Source of the DNA: Mobula hypostoma
Lineage: Eukaryota
Direction of reading: 5' to 3'
Length of the DNA: 64,000 nt
NCBI RefSeq assembly: GCF_963921235.1
Contig: NC_086101.1
Span: forward strand, 5,644,001 to 5,708,000
The notes beneath the pieces were generated by a model. That model did not search any database. It was not told the origin of the DNA and was given only the letters and a program-made list of their open reading frames with translations. Of the stretch, positions 1 to 11,990 are shown one piece after another. Made by a program: the position numbers and the translations under genes. Within the stretch, counting starts at the first letter, position 1. Every line of letters begins with the position of its first letter.

Positions 1-74
1 CAGATAAAAAAGAGCAAATCATTATTTCTGACCATTTCTAAAACCTTCCTCTCGTGAGTTGAGACACAGAAAAA

Positions 75-215
75 GATGAGGGCGGGGCTGTCATCCTATG
101 GGTCAGTTCGAGAGGGCCGGAGAGCAGTCTCCCGTTCCGATTGGCCGGGCGGTTGATCCTATTTGTCAATCTATGGCAAGGGGGCGGGTAGTCCCGGGAG
201 TCAGCCAATCGGAGT
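75..215. promoter_or_regulatory. GC-box/CCAAT-box promoter-like cluster
   Basis: GGGCGG at 80-85, 147-152 and 182-187, ATTGG at 140-144, CCAAT at 205-209, in CpG-rich non-repetitive sequence (Sp1/NF-Y architecture). Confidence 0.55.
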
Positions 216-257
216 TGACATCCGGCACCAGGCAAATAACATTGTGAAAATAAAATC

Positions 258-358
258 AACACACATCAAAGTTGCTGGTGAATGCAGCAGGCCAGGCAGC
301 ATCTCTAGGAAGAGGTACAGTCGACGTTTCAGGCCGAGACCCTTCGTCAGGACTAACA
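258..358 (-). mobile_element. Short Penelope-like element terminal fragment carrying a hammerhead motif
   Basis: Reverse complement of the PLE 3' end at ~38008-38108; similar fragment at 9499-9597. Confidence 0.8.
318..354 (-). ncRNA. Minimal type-I hammerhead ribozyme motif
   Basis: Minus strand reads agtc-CTGACGA-agggtctcggcct-GAAACGTC-gactg: core boxes plus stem I (agtc/gact) and stem II. Confidence 0.75.
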
Positions 359-452
359 GTTAGGAGAGCTGTAATTACAGCAGTCTGCTCCGCCATTCAA
401 ACGTGGCTGATTTATTAACCCTGTCATCCCCATTCTCCTGCCTTTGGGGCAA

Positions 453-736
453 GGGGCAGCACGGTAGCGTAGTGGTCAGCACAACGCTCGACAGTACTAT
501 AGACAACCTGGGTTCAATTCCCACCGCGGCCTGTAAGGAGCTTGTACTTTCTCCCCAAGACCACGTGGGTTTCCTCCGGGTGCTCTGGTTTCCTCCCACA
601 GTCCAAAGACGTACCAGTTAGTAGGTTAATTGGAAATTGTTCTGGGATTAGGCTTGGATTAAATTGGGGTTTGTGGCTCGAAGGGCCAGAAGGTCCTATT
701 CCACACTGTAGCTTAATAAATAAATAAATAAATAAA
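453..736 (+). mobile_element. tRNA-derived V-SINE (HE1-like)
   Basis: A-box-like tagcgtagtgg, B-box-like gggttcaattcc, V-domain gggtttcctccgggtgctctggtttcctcccacagtccaaagac, (TAAA)n tail. Confidence 0.8.
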
Positions 737-961
737 TGACAAAAGAAGCCCCTTCTCCACCTCCCCACAGCAATCACACACTGACAGACCGGTCTCCATA
801 CCTGGGACAGGCTTAAAATTGTAAAGAGGTGCGGGCCCACCACTGATTCCCGGAGCAACCACTGGACATCATATTTTCCCTAAAACATACAATGTGAACA
901 ATGAACACAATGGGATATGTCCTTATAGAGTCGGAGAGGCATTTATTTATGTAGCGATACA

Positions 962-1215
962 GCACAGAACAGGCCCTTCTGCCTGGCGACCCACCATTCT
1001 GTACCAGCCTAATCACAGGACGATTTACAATGACCAATTAACCTACCTAGCTCTTGGTATGTCTTTTGCACCGTGGGAGAGAACCCAGGCAAAGCCCACT
1101 CAGTCATGGGGAGAACGTACAAGCCTTTTTATAACAGCAAATGCTGAATTGAACTCCAAATTCCGACGCCCGAGTTGTCATAGTGCCGTGCCAACCGTGA
1201 CGTTACCGTGGTAAC
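962..1215 (-). mobile_element. Degenerate V-SINE
   Basis: Reverse-complement similarity to 453-736; further copies at ~7340-7570(-), 17925-18095(-), 23635-23760(+), 23990-24145(-), 39758-40020(+), 40720-40880(+), 43570-43686 plus 44844-45010(+). Confidence 0.65.
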
Positions 1216-1224
1216 CAAAAACAC

Positions 1225-1790
1225 TCCAGCACAGCAGCAGGACCTTCATCCCACCTAGGCCGTGCCAAACTATCAGGCTGAACTATGAATCTGCCTCGTC
1301 CCATTGAGCTGCTCCCGGACCTTAGCTCTTCTACTACCCTTTATCTAGTCAAATTTCTCTCGAACGCTGAAATTGAACCTGCATTCACCACTTTCACCGG
1401 CAGCTCATTCACACTCACAGCACCCTCTCAGTGAGGAAGTTCCCACTCAGGTTTCCCTTAAACATTTCACCTTTCACTCTTAACCCCTGACCTCTAGTTG
1501 TAGCCCCACCCAACCCCGGTGGAAAATGCCTGCTTGCACTTGCCCTATTGATACTCCTCAGAATTATGTACGTCGCTATCAAATCTCCCTCATTCTCCCA
1601 CGCTCCAGGGGATAAACTCCTAACCGACTCACCTTTCCTTATAACTCAGGTCCTCAAGTGCCGGCAACACCCGTGTATGTTTTCTCTGCGCTCATTTGAT
1701 CTTATTGCCTTCTTTTCTGTAGGTGGATGACCAGAACTGAAGACAATACTCCAAAATCGGCCTCGGCAACGCCTTACACCACTCTGACAT
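1225..1790 (-). mobile_element. CR1-clade LINE 3' fragment
   Basis: Reverse complement of the CR1 ORF2 C-terminus (LEYC.QFWS, RGQGLRVKGEMF) and 3' UTR. Confidence 0.75.
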
Positions 1791-1991
1791 AACATCGCAA
1801 GTTCATTTGCTGTCATTGATGTTACGGCAGTGCAACGTTTGACAGTCTTTGACACAAGGCCTGGCCCTTCACTCTTCGGTGAATCAGAACCCTACACTGT
1901 GTTGTTGTCCCAACTAGCTTTAGTGCATCCCTCAGCAGTGCCTGTGAATCCGCCTGTCGGCATAGTTCACTTAAAGTCATCTCCTTGTACT

Positions 1992-2521
1992 AGATGTACC
2001 GTGTTCAGTTCTGGTCACCTCACTACAGGAAGGATACTATAGAGAGAGTACAGAGGAGATTTACAAGGCTTTTGCCTGGATTGGAGGGCTTTACCTTATG
2101 AGAATACTTGGCCTTTTCTCTTTGGAGTGATGGAGGATGAGAGGTGACCTGATAGAGGTGTATTAGATGATGAGGGGTATTGATTGTGTGGATAGTCAGA
2201 GGTTTTTTCCCAGGGCTGAAATGGCTAACACGAAGGGGCATAGATTTAAGGTGCTTGGAAATAGGTACTGAGGGGATTTCAGGGGTAAGTTTTTCACACA
2301 TAGAGTGGTGGGTGGGTGGAATGCATTGCTGGCAGCGGTGGTGGTGGAAATGGATACAATAGGGTCTTTTAAGAGCCTCTTGGATAGGTACATGGAGCTT
2401 AGAAAAATAGAGGGCCATGCACTAGGGAAATTCTAGGCAGTCTCTAGAGTTGGTTACATGGTCAGTACAACATTGTGGGCCAAAGGGCCTGTAATGTGCT
2501 GTAAATTTCCATGTTCTATGT
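1992..2521 (+). mobile_element. CR1-clade LINE 3' fragment
   Basis: ORF2 C-terminus (VQFWSPHYRK ... ERVQRRFTR), 3' UTR, (TTCTATG)-type tail. Confidence 0.85.
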
Positions 2522-2562
2522 ACTCAGTGTCCAGAATCAGAACTGGGTTTATTGTCTGATGT

Positions 2563-2970
2563 GAGAGATTCTGCAGACGCTGGAAATCTAGAGAAGAACA
2601 ATAAAATGCTGGAGGAGTTCAGCAGGTCAGACAGTTTCTATGGAAGTGAATAAACAATCAACAATTCGGTCCAAGACCCTCCTCCAGGTTGGGAAAGGAA
2701 GGGGGAAAACAGCAGAATAATAAGGTGGTGTGGGGAGACTAACTAGAAGGTGACAGGTGAAGCCAGGTGGGTGGGAAAGGTAAAGGGCTGGAGAAGAAGG
2801 AATCTGATAGGAGAGGAGAGTGGACCAGGGGAGTAGAGGAACAAGGGGAGACACCGGGGAAGGTGATAGGCAGGAGAGGAGAAGAAATAAAAGGTCTGAG
2901 TAGATAATTGAGAACATGGAAGGGGAGGGGTAAAGTAACTGGAACTTGGAGTAATCGATGTTCAAGACAT
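2563..2970 (-). mobile_element. PLE 3' end/pseudo-LTR fragment
   Basis: Matches PLE ends elsewhere (MNI.FS end of GIY-YIG, pyrimidine-rich UTR, degenerate hammerhead ~2655-2692). Confidence 0.75.
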
Positions 2971-3371
2971 CACAAACCTTTCACCAGTGTGTTGCAATAA
3001 AACTCAGATTGATTGCAACCTAATTCTGTGTGGTTGCATTTGGCAGGCGGAAATTTGGATTATGCTTGGGGACACAAGACGTTATTTGGCGAAGGCACAC
3101 TATGTTTCAAGGTGCTGCAAAACTGATTCCCATGTATGCACAGGTCGTGATGCTGTCAGGTCACGTAATTTTTATTTTGATCGCACAGCTGGCCTGCATG
3201 TGTTAAACTTCATGTCGTCCACTGATCGCAAATAGAAACAGAACAAACTCCCTTTGGAAGAACAGGCGGAGAATGCTCGGATGCTGGGAGCAGCCAGCTG
3301 GCCGGGCAGCATCATTGAGGAGGGAACAGTCTGAGTCAAAGCGTCTTTATCAGACCAACTGGAAGAGATAC

Positions 3372-3520
3372 CAGAGATTCTGCTGATGCTGGAAATCTTG
3401 AGCAACACACACACACACACACACATACGTGCAAAATGCTGGAGGAACTCTGCAGGTCAGGCAGCATCTATGGAAAGGAATAAGCAGTCGATATTCTTGC
3501 TGAGGCCCTTCCTCAGGAGT
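3372..3520 (-). mobile_element. Older PLE terminal fragment, left half of a head-to-head pair continuing at 5983-6057
   Basis: gctggaggaactc..caggtcaggcagcatctatgg plus decayed minus-strand hammerhead 3485-3518; joins 5997 onward when the TSD-bounded insert is removed. Confidence 0.7.
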
Positions 3521-3573
3521 TTCAGTATGCTGGATGAACTCAGCAGGTCGGGCAGCATCAGTCAGAAACGATG

Positions 3574-3609
3574 AGTCGACGTTTCGGGCCGGAACCCTTC
3601 GTCAGGACT
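3574..3609 (-). ncRNA. Minimal type-I hammerhead ribozyme motif
   Basis: agtc-CTGACGA-agggttccggccc-GAAACGTC-gact on the minus strand. Confidence 0.8.
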
Positions 3610-4541
3610 GAAGAATGAAAGATGGGGAAGGATTTGAAGAATGCTTGTAGCGTCAGTTGAAAGACCAGTAATTTGAAAGAGAAAGGGGTGGGGGAGGGGA
3701 AGCATTGACGTCACAGCCCTGAAAACAATGGGTAGTAGAAGAAGGAGGCGGAACCATGAGGGAGCTGGGGGAGGGGACAGAGTGACATAGGGATAAAGGA
3801 AGGGAGGGGGAGGAATTACCAGGAGTTGGAGAATTCTATGTTCACACCAAGGGGCTGGAGACTACCTAGATGGTATATGAGGTGCTGCTCCTCCAACCTG
3901 AGTTTAGCCTTATCATGGCAGTAGAGGAGGCCATGTATGGACATATCTGAGTGGGAGTGGGAAGCAGAGTTGACGTGGGTGACTACCGGGAGATCCTGTC
4001 TGTTTTGGCGGACGGAGCGGAGGTGCTCGATGAAGCGGTCCCCCAATCTGCGTCGGGTGTCACTGATGTAGAGGAGGCCACACCGGGAGCACCGGCTGCA
4101 ATAGATGACCCCAACAGACTCATAAGTGAAGTACTGTCTCACCTAGAAGGACTGTTTGGAGCCCTGAATGGTGGCAAGAGAGGAGGTGTAGGGACAGGTG
4201 TAGCACTTACGCTTAAAGGGAGAAGTGGGGGATGGACATGTGGACTAGGGAGTCGCGGAGTGACCGATCCCTGCGGAAAGCGGAGAGGGGTGGAGAGGGA
4301 AAGATGTGCTTAGTGGTGGGGTCCTGTTGAAGGTGGCGGAAGTTGCAGAGGATAATGTGCTGGATCCGGAGGCTGGTGGGGTGGTAGGTGAGGACAAGGG
4401 GAACTTTGTCCCTGTTGTGGTTGCGGGAGGATGGGGTGAGAGCCAAAGTGCGGGAAATGGAGGAGATATGGGTGAGGGCATCATTGATGACGGTAGAAGG
4501 GAAACCACGATCCTTAAACAAAGAGGACATTTGAACAGTCT

Positions 4542-5642
4542 GTGCTCCAAACCTATTCCTCTACTGCTCCCCAACTTTCCCATCGGTACATTGACAGCTA
4601 TGTTGGTGCTGCTTCCTGCACCCATGCTGAGCTTGTCAATTTCATCGACTTTACTTCAAACGTCCACCCAGCCCTCAAATTCACTTACTCTATCCTGGAC
4701 AATTCTCTCCCCTTTCTCGATGTCTCCTTCTCCATCTCTGGAGACAGACGGTCCACTGACATCTTCTACAAGCCCACTGACTGCCATAACTACCTCGACT
4801 ATACCTCTTCCCACTCCGCCACATGCAAAAATGCCATTCCCTATTCTCAGTTCCTCCGTCTCTGCCGCATCTGCTCCGAGGATGAGGCTTTCCGTTCCAG
4901 GACATCTCAAATGTCCTCTTTCTTTAAAGATCGTGGTTTCCCTTCTGCTGTCATCAATGATGCCCTCACCCGCATCTCCTCCATTTCCCACACTTTGGCT
5001 CTCACCCCATCCTCCCGTAACCACAACAGGGACAAAGTTCCCCTTGTCCTCACCTACCACCCCACCAGCCTCCGGATCCAGCACATTATCCTCTGCAACT
5101 TCCGCCACCTTCAACAGGACCCCACCACTAAGCACATCTTTCCCTCTCCACCCCTCTCCGCTTTCCGCAGGGATCGGACCCTCCACAACTCCCTTATCCA
5201 GACGTCCCTCCCCACTGATCTCCCATCCGGCACTTATCCCTGTAAGCGTAAGTGCTACACCTGTCCCTACACCTCCTCTCTTGCCACCATTCAGGGCCCC
5301 AAATAGTCCTTCCAGGTGAGGCAACACTTCACTTGTGAGTCTGTTGGGGTCATCTATTGCATCCGGTGCTCCCGGTGCGGCCTCTTCTACATCGGTGACA
5401 CCCGACGCAGATTGGGGGACCGCTTCGTCGAGCACCTCCGCTCCGTCCGCCAGAACAGACAGGATCTCCCGATAGCCACCCACTTCAACTCTGCTTCCCA
5501 TTCCCATTCGGATATGTCCATACATGGCCTCCTCTACTGCCATGATGAGGCTAAACTCAGGTTGGAGGAGCAACACCTCATATACCGTCTAGGTAGTCTC
5601 CAGCCCTTTGGTATGAACATAGAATTCTCCAACTCCTGGTAA
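4542..5642 (+). pseudogene. PLE reverse transcriptase C-terminus + Cys-rich linker + GIY-YIG endonuclease
   Basis: RYID(S), LPFLD, DIFYKPTD, IPYSQFLRL, PCKRKCYTC linker (Neptune-like), GVIYCIRC...FYIG...RF.EH; in-frame TAG at 5304-5306 where the copy near 47145 reads CAG. Confidence 0.9.
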
Positions 5643-5847
5643 TTCCTCCCCCTCCCTTCCTTTATCCCTATGTCACTCTGCCCCTCCCCCAGCTCCCTCA
5701 TGGTTCCGCCTCCTTCTTCTACTACCCATTGTTTTCAGGGCTATGATGTCAATGCTTCCCCTCCCCCACCCCTTTGTCTTTCAAATTACTGGTCTATCAA
5801 GTGACGCTACAAGCATTCTTCAAATCCTTCCCCGTCTTTCATTCTTC

Positions 5848-5883
5848 AGTCCTGATGAAGGGTTCCGGGCCGAAACGTCGACT
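5848..5883 (+). ncRNA. Minimal type-I hammerhead ribozyme motif
   Basis: agtc-CTGATGA(5852-5858)-agggttccgggcc-GAAACGTC(5872-5879)-gact. Confidence 0.8.
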
Positions 5884-5993
5884 CATCGTTTCTGACTGAT
5901 GCTGCCCGACCTGCTGAGTTCATCCAGCGTACTGAAAGTGTTGCTTTGATCTCTTACAGCATCTGCAGATTATTTTGTGTTTCCTTCCTCAGG

Positions 5994-6030
5994 AGTCTTG
6001 ATGAAGGGTCTCAGCCCGAAACGTCGACTG
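5994..6030 (+). ncRNA. Hammerhead motif variant (TTGATGA core)
   Basis: gtc-TTGATGA-agggtctcagccc-GAAACGTC-gactg. Confidence 0.6.
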
Positions 6031-6057
6031 TCCATAGATGTTGCCTGACAGCTGAGT

Positions 6058-7330
6058 TATTGTCACTGATAAACATCTTGAAATTTATCGTTTTGTGGTG
6101 GCAGTAAAATATAAAAGACGTAAAATATACAAGACATAGAAAATAGCTGTAAGTTACACGATATATAAAGTAATAAATTAGTTTTGCAAAAATGAGTGGA
6201 ATATACTGAGGAGATATTCATGGATTCATGGTCCATTCAGAAAGACGTTGGTGGAGAGGAAGAAGCTGTTCCTAAGGCATTGAGTGGGGGTTTTTTGGCT
6301 CCTGTACCTCCTCCCTGATGGTCGTAAAGAGAAGATCTAAAGATCTTCACCCAACATATTGATGCAATTAGTGAAAAGTGAACACGTCCTAGATGGTGTG
6401 GGTTCTTAAAGATGGTTGCTCCCTTTTTAGAGGCACTGCCTTTTAAATCTGTTCCTGATGTTGGGAGGCTAGTGCCCAAAGGATTCAAAGGTTAACATAT
6501 TTTCGCAACAACTCTGAAATTTGTATTCTCCAGATAGCCACAAAACAAAGAAAGAATATGAAAGTTGTTCAGAGGGAAACATCCACCCACCCCGCCATAC
6601 CATCAAACCCTCCCAAAATCCCCTTCCTTCAACACAAAATGAAACTGAAACATCAGCCGTCAGAAACCTCCTCTCCGCAGAAGAAATTAAAAGAACACAA
6701 CAGAACATTAACCCCAAACCCCCTCCCCCGCACAATAAAATGAAAAGGAACGGGTGATATAAAGCACAGATTATAAAAAAGTGTAAGTCTGAAAGAGTCC
6801 ACAGTCCATAAACACTACAGTCCCATCCATAAACACAGAACCGCGATACCATCCTCCGATGTCACTGACATTCATTGAGAGAGAGGGATGCCACACGAGG
6901 CAGAGAGGCCTACACGCCTGCCACAGGGAGCCACACGGCGATAGGCCTCTCACAGATTCCTTCTCTGGCAGCGATCTGTTGGCAGCCAGTTGGCACTGAA
7001 ACTCTCCCTCACTCACTTCCTGTGTTCGCCTCAATGTCTCAGTCTTCCTTGACACCTTAATCAGCGATTAATAGACACTTCAAGCGGCAAAATGGAGTCG
7101 AACATTGGCTCGTGCCCATGATGGAACTGACTGAGTTTACAATCCTCTGCAACTTTTTATAATCCTGTGCGCTGGGCAAGATGTTAAAATGTTCTCCTCA
7201 GTATAGCTGTGGAAGTTTCTAGAGACTCTGGTGACAAACCGAATCTCCTCAAATTCCGAATGAAATAAGCTGCTCTCGTGCTTTCTTTACAATTGCAGTC
7301 AATATTTTGGGCCCAGGATAGATCCTTGGC
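6058..7330 (-). mobile_element. Rex1/Babar-type 3' fragment interrupted by an unclassified non-coding insert (~6484-7113)
   Basis: Decayed PSGRRYRS / NSFFP C-terminus; host appears to resume at gtgcccatgatggaactg (~7112). Similar Rex 3' relics at ~7715-8210, 8700-9070, 9600-10110, 12010-12215, 16560-17030, 28470-28990, 31250-31790, 38163-38670, 40020-40710, 41310-42680, 46080-46550, 55325-55760. Confidence 0.65.
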
Positions 7331-7547
7331 GATTTGGAGTTAGAGCACGGTAACAGGACCTTCCGGCCCAATGAGCCAACACCACCCAGTTACGCCATGT
7401 GATCAAATAACCTACTCACCCGTGCGTCTTTGGAATGTGGGAGGAAACCAGAGAACCCAGGGGAAACCCACGTGGTCACAGGGACAAGAAACAAACTCCT
7501 TACAGACAGCGGTGGGAATTGAACCCGGGTCACTGGCAATGTAATAG

Positions 7548-7712
7548 CATTACACTAACCATTACACTACCAAATGTAACCATTACATCACCAAATGTAA
7601 TCATTACACCACCAAATGTAATCATTACGCCACCAAATGCACCAAATGTAATCATTACACCACCAAATGTACCAAATGTAACCATTACACCACCAAATGT
7701 ACCACCACAAAT
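7548..7712. repeat. Minisatellite, 21-bp unit ACCAAATGTAATCATTACACC with 9-bp ACCAAATGT subunits
   Basis: Direct reading; grows out of the 5' end of a minus-strand V-SINE (taaccattacactacc). Confidence 0.85.
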
Positions 7713-10254
7713 GTGGACACCCAGGAACTTGAATCTGCTCCCCCTTTCAAGTGCTGATCCTCAGTGAGGACTGATGTGTGCGTTCCTTCGACTTTTCCTC
7801 CTGAAGACCAGTATCAATCCCTTGGTCTTACTGCCGTTGAGTGCAAGGTTGTTGCTATGACACCATTCAACCAGGCTGCATCTCACCCCTGTACGCCCCG
7901 TCATCACAATCTGAGATTTCTGCTAACAACAGTTGTTGCATTGGTGAATTTATGGGTGGCATTTGGGAGTGCACTTTCCTCAGCATTGTCCCTTTGCCAG
8001 TGTGGTGTGTCAGTTCTTCACAGTCAAAGCCTTCCCCACATCGAGCATATTTACCTGGAGCATTGTCACAAGAAAGCAGCATTCATCATCAAGGACTCCC
8101 CTCCCCCACCATCCAGGCCATTATGTATTGCAACGTACTACTGGACAAAACAATGAACTTCACAACATATGCTGGTGATATTAATCCTGAATCAGAATTT
8201 GATTCTGGTTCTGAGCATTAGTGATCCATTTGTCCTCCGATTTCTCTTGAAACTTGAGTAGAGAGACTTGGAGTGAGAGAGAGAGAGAGGGAGGCAGCAA
8301 GTTCAGAGCCATAGTCAATGGCTTCATTGAATGGAGAATGCGTGCCTTCAGCTTTCCTGCGGACCTGGGCCAAGCCACTTCCTCTTCACTCTAGGTAGCT
8401 TGGAATCCCCAGCCCAACTACAACAAGCTCTAATTCAAGCCGTAAACTCCCCCCATATTTCCAGTTCTGTGCTTTTAAATCCTCAATGTGCTGTCTGTGA
8501 CACATTCCCCAGCCTCGTCTTTCTGCCTCTGGTGTTTCTGGATTGCTTGTAGAACTCAGTAGCACCTCCTGCAATCCTGATGGTCTTCGTATGATAGTGT
8601 TTCATGTTCAAAGTAAAGTTATCATCAAAGTTACAAAATAAATTTAGTTTATTATTAAATTTATTTTAAAAAAACGTCAAGAGGACCACCAAGGTCTCTC
8701 CCCACACCCATTCCAATGCAAAGCCTTGTAGAAGATGCTTACCAGCCACTCCACAATCTCTTTGACCCACTACCATCAGGAAGGAGGTACAGGAGCATCA
8801 GGACACGGACTGTCAGACTGGGTAACAGCTTCTTCCCTCAGCCTGTGAGACTAATGAATACCCTGCCATCACCGAGATCTCATCACTGGGACAGCAGGCT
8901 GTTTACTGTTTACCACATGCACTTTGAAATATATTTTATAAACCTATTTGTGTTAATAATTTACTTTATGTGCTGTGTGTGATATATGTACTGTGGGTGC
9001 ACTGTGGTCTGGAGGAACGTTGCTTCGTTTGGTTGTATATACGTACAGTGAGAGGGCAATAAGCTTCATCTTGAAAGTACATATATGTTACCGTATGCTA
9101 TCTTGAGATTTATTTTCTTGAAAGTATTTACAGGAAAGATTCGAAGAAAAGGCATAAAATTTGTAGATATGATAGAAGGTCTGACCAGCATCCAATGTGC
9201 AACAAGATGACAAATTGTACAAATAAAAAAATAATACTGAGAGCCTGAGATTTCTGAATGGACATTGAACTCAGGAGCCTGACCCCACTACTTTTTATTT
9301 CCTATTTTCTTGCACTACTTATTTAACAACTATATATATATATATATATATCTACTGCAATTCAGTTTTTTTTCTCTAGTATGTATTACATTGTACTCCT
9401 GCCACAAACTTAGCAAATTTCGCAACACATGCCGGTGATAATAAATCTGATTCTGATTCAGTTGGATTGTGCCCTTGGAAATGAGTCCATAAGTCATAAC
9501 CACACACATCAAAGTTGCCGGCAAACGCAGCAGGCCAGGCAGCATCTCTAGGAAGAGGTACAGTCGACGTTTCAGGGCCGAGACCCTTCGTCAGGATGAA
9601 GTCATAGGATCAGTTCAGAGTAGTGGGGAGTGAAGATATTCACCCTGTTGGTTGAAGGGTATTTCCTGAACCAGGTGGTGTAGGACGCAAGGCTCCTGTA
9701 CCTCCTACATGATGGTGGTAGTGAGAAGAGAGCATGGTCTGGATGGTGGAGGTCTTCGCCGATGGATGCTGTTTTCTTGTGGCAGCGCTGCGTGTAGATG
9801 TGCTCAATAGTGGGAAGGGATCTTTTTTTTGTGATGGACTGGGCCGTATCCACTACTTTTTGTAGACTTTTCTGTTCTTGGGTGTGGTTGTTTCTATACC
9901 AGGCCTTGATGAAACCAATCGGGATGCTCTCTAATGCATCTAGAGATGGTTGTCAAAGATTTTGTAACATGCAAGATCTACGTAAACTTCTAAGAAAGTC
10001 GAGGCACTGTTGTGCCTTCTTTGTGATGGCACCTACGTGCTGGTCCCAGGACAGATCCATTGATATGATAACGCCAAGGAATTTAAAGCTACTAGCCCTC
10101 TCCGCCACCAATCCGCAAAGGAGGACTGGCCACTGGGTCTCCTTGGGCTGTTTACCATGACATAGGTTGTAGTGCAGAGTAGGCTCTGATGCTGGTGCCA
10201 GGGCAGGTTTAGAAAGAACCTGAGCACTAGTCTGTACAGTAACATGACTTCAGC

Positions 10255-11990
10255 ACTCCCCTCTCCTCCTTGATCCTTACCCCCTCTGAATGCATTGCTC
10301 CCCATTCCTGCTACACCAGTCACAAACTTACCATCAAACCTGCAGACAAAGCGGGTGCTGTTGTGGTTTGAAAGACTGATCTCCAGTTTGCTGAGGACCT
10401 ATACCTCATACCTACCCCTTGAAGACAACCCCACACCAGACCATCAGAAAGCTGTCTCCAACACCATCATCAATTCTGGAGAACTCCCACTCACTGCCGC
10501 CAAACTCGTAGTTTCCTTACCACACACTGCTCACTTCCACCTCCTACCCAGGATCCAGAAACCTGATTGTCCAGGTCAGCCCATTGTCTCTGTCTGTACC
10601 TGCCCCACTGAACTCGGGTACTCATACCTCCATTCTATTCTATATTCCTTGGCACAGTCCCTTCCCACCTACACACACAACAATTTTCATGCTCTAGATC
10701 TCCTTAGTAACTTCCAATTCCCTGCCCCTGACCACCTCATTTTCACCATGGATGTTCAGTTCCTATACGCTTCTATCACCCATCAAGAAGGCCTTAAAGC
10801 TGTCTGTTACCAGCCAATTCTCCTCCACTACCACCATCCTTCGTCCAGCAGAACTCGTCCTCGCCCTCAACAACTTTTCCTTCAGCTCCTCCCACCTTCT
10901 CCAAACTCAAGGGGTAGCCATGGGCGCCCACACAGCCCCAGTTATGCCTGCCTTTTCACTGGCTATGCAGAACGATCTATGTTCCAAGCCTTCCCCATTG
11001 ATGCTCCCCAACTCTTCCTCCACTACATTAATAATTGCATTGGTGCTAAGCTCACCAATTTCATCAACTTTGCCTCCAACTTCCACCCTGCCCTTAAGTT
11101 CACTGGATCCGTTTCTGACATATCTTTCCCCTTTCTTGATCTCTCTGTTTCCATCACTGGAGACAAATGGTCAGCTGACATCACCTACCAACTCCCATGG
11201 TTATCTTGACTATCCTCTTCCCACCGTACCTCCTGTAAAAATACTATTCCCTTTATTCAGTTCCTTCATCTTTTTCTTGAAAGAACGGTGTTTCTTTCTC
11301 TCCACCATTGATGCTGCCTTCATCCACATCTCCTCCGTTACCCAGACATCTGCGCTCACCTCATCTTTGCACTGCCTTAATAGGGATAGAGTTCCTCTTG
11401 TCCTTACCTACCAGCCCATGAGACAGCGCATCCAACACTTCATTCTCTACAACTTCTGCCATCTCCAAAGGGATCTTACCACCAAACGTATCTATACCTC
11501 ACTCTCTCTAACCACTGGGATTGCCCCACCATGATTCCCTTATCCATTCATCCCTTCCCACTAATCTCCCTCCCAGCACTTATCCCTGCAAGTGATAGGA
11601 ATGCTACACCTGCCCATTCACCTCCTCCTCATCTCCATTCAGGGTCACAAACAGTTCCTTCTAGGTGAGGCAGCACTTCACCTGTGAATCTGCTGGGGTC
11701 GTCTATTGTGTCCAGTGCTCCCAATGTGGCCTCCTCTAGATGAGGGATGGGAGACCGCCTTGTCGATCACCTCAACTCCATCCACCAAACGAAATTCCTG
11801 GGTCCAAACATTTTAATTCTAATTCCCATTCCCATTCTGACATGTCGGCCCATGGCTTCCTCTTGTGCCGGAATGAGGCCAACCTCAGGGTAGGGGAGCA
11901 ACACCTTATATTCCATCTGGGTAGCCTCCAACCTGATGGCATGAATATTGGTTTCTCCTTCCAGTAAAATTAATTTCCCTTTCCCTTTCC
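10255..11990 (+). mobile_element. Older decayed PLE (RT + GIY-YIG)
   Basis: LLPRIQKPDCPGQPIVS, FTMDV..LY.SI, GVAMG, LHYINN (YIDD-like), FPFLD, RVPLVLTY, GSLQPDGMNI; many frameshifts. Confidence 0.9.

Larger units (their letters stand above)
3521..5982 (+). mobile_element. Neptune-type Penelope-like retroelement, 5'-truncated, with ~1 kb inverted arm
   Basis: Minus arm 3521-~4534 mirrors ~4907-5936; plus arm ~4535-5982; flanked by 14-bp direct repeat CCTTCCTCAGGAGT (3507-3520, 5983-5996). Confidence 0.9.

Noticed and set aside
453..530. Possible tRNA gene
   Set aside because: The A/B boxes lead into a V-SINE body and tail; no complete cloverleaf.
3047..3115. FGEGT motif resembling an Ig/TCR J segment
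   Set aside because: No recombination signal heptamer/nonamer upstream, and the following residues (LCFK) do not fit the J consensus.
4306..5576. Long ORFs 4306-5319(+, 337 aa) and 4656-5576(-, 306 aa)
   Set aside because: Alternative-frame and antisense shadows of the C-rich PLE pol sequence; no independent domain motifs.
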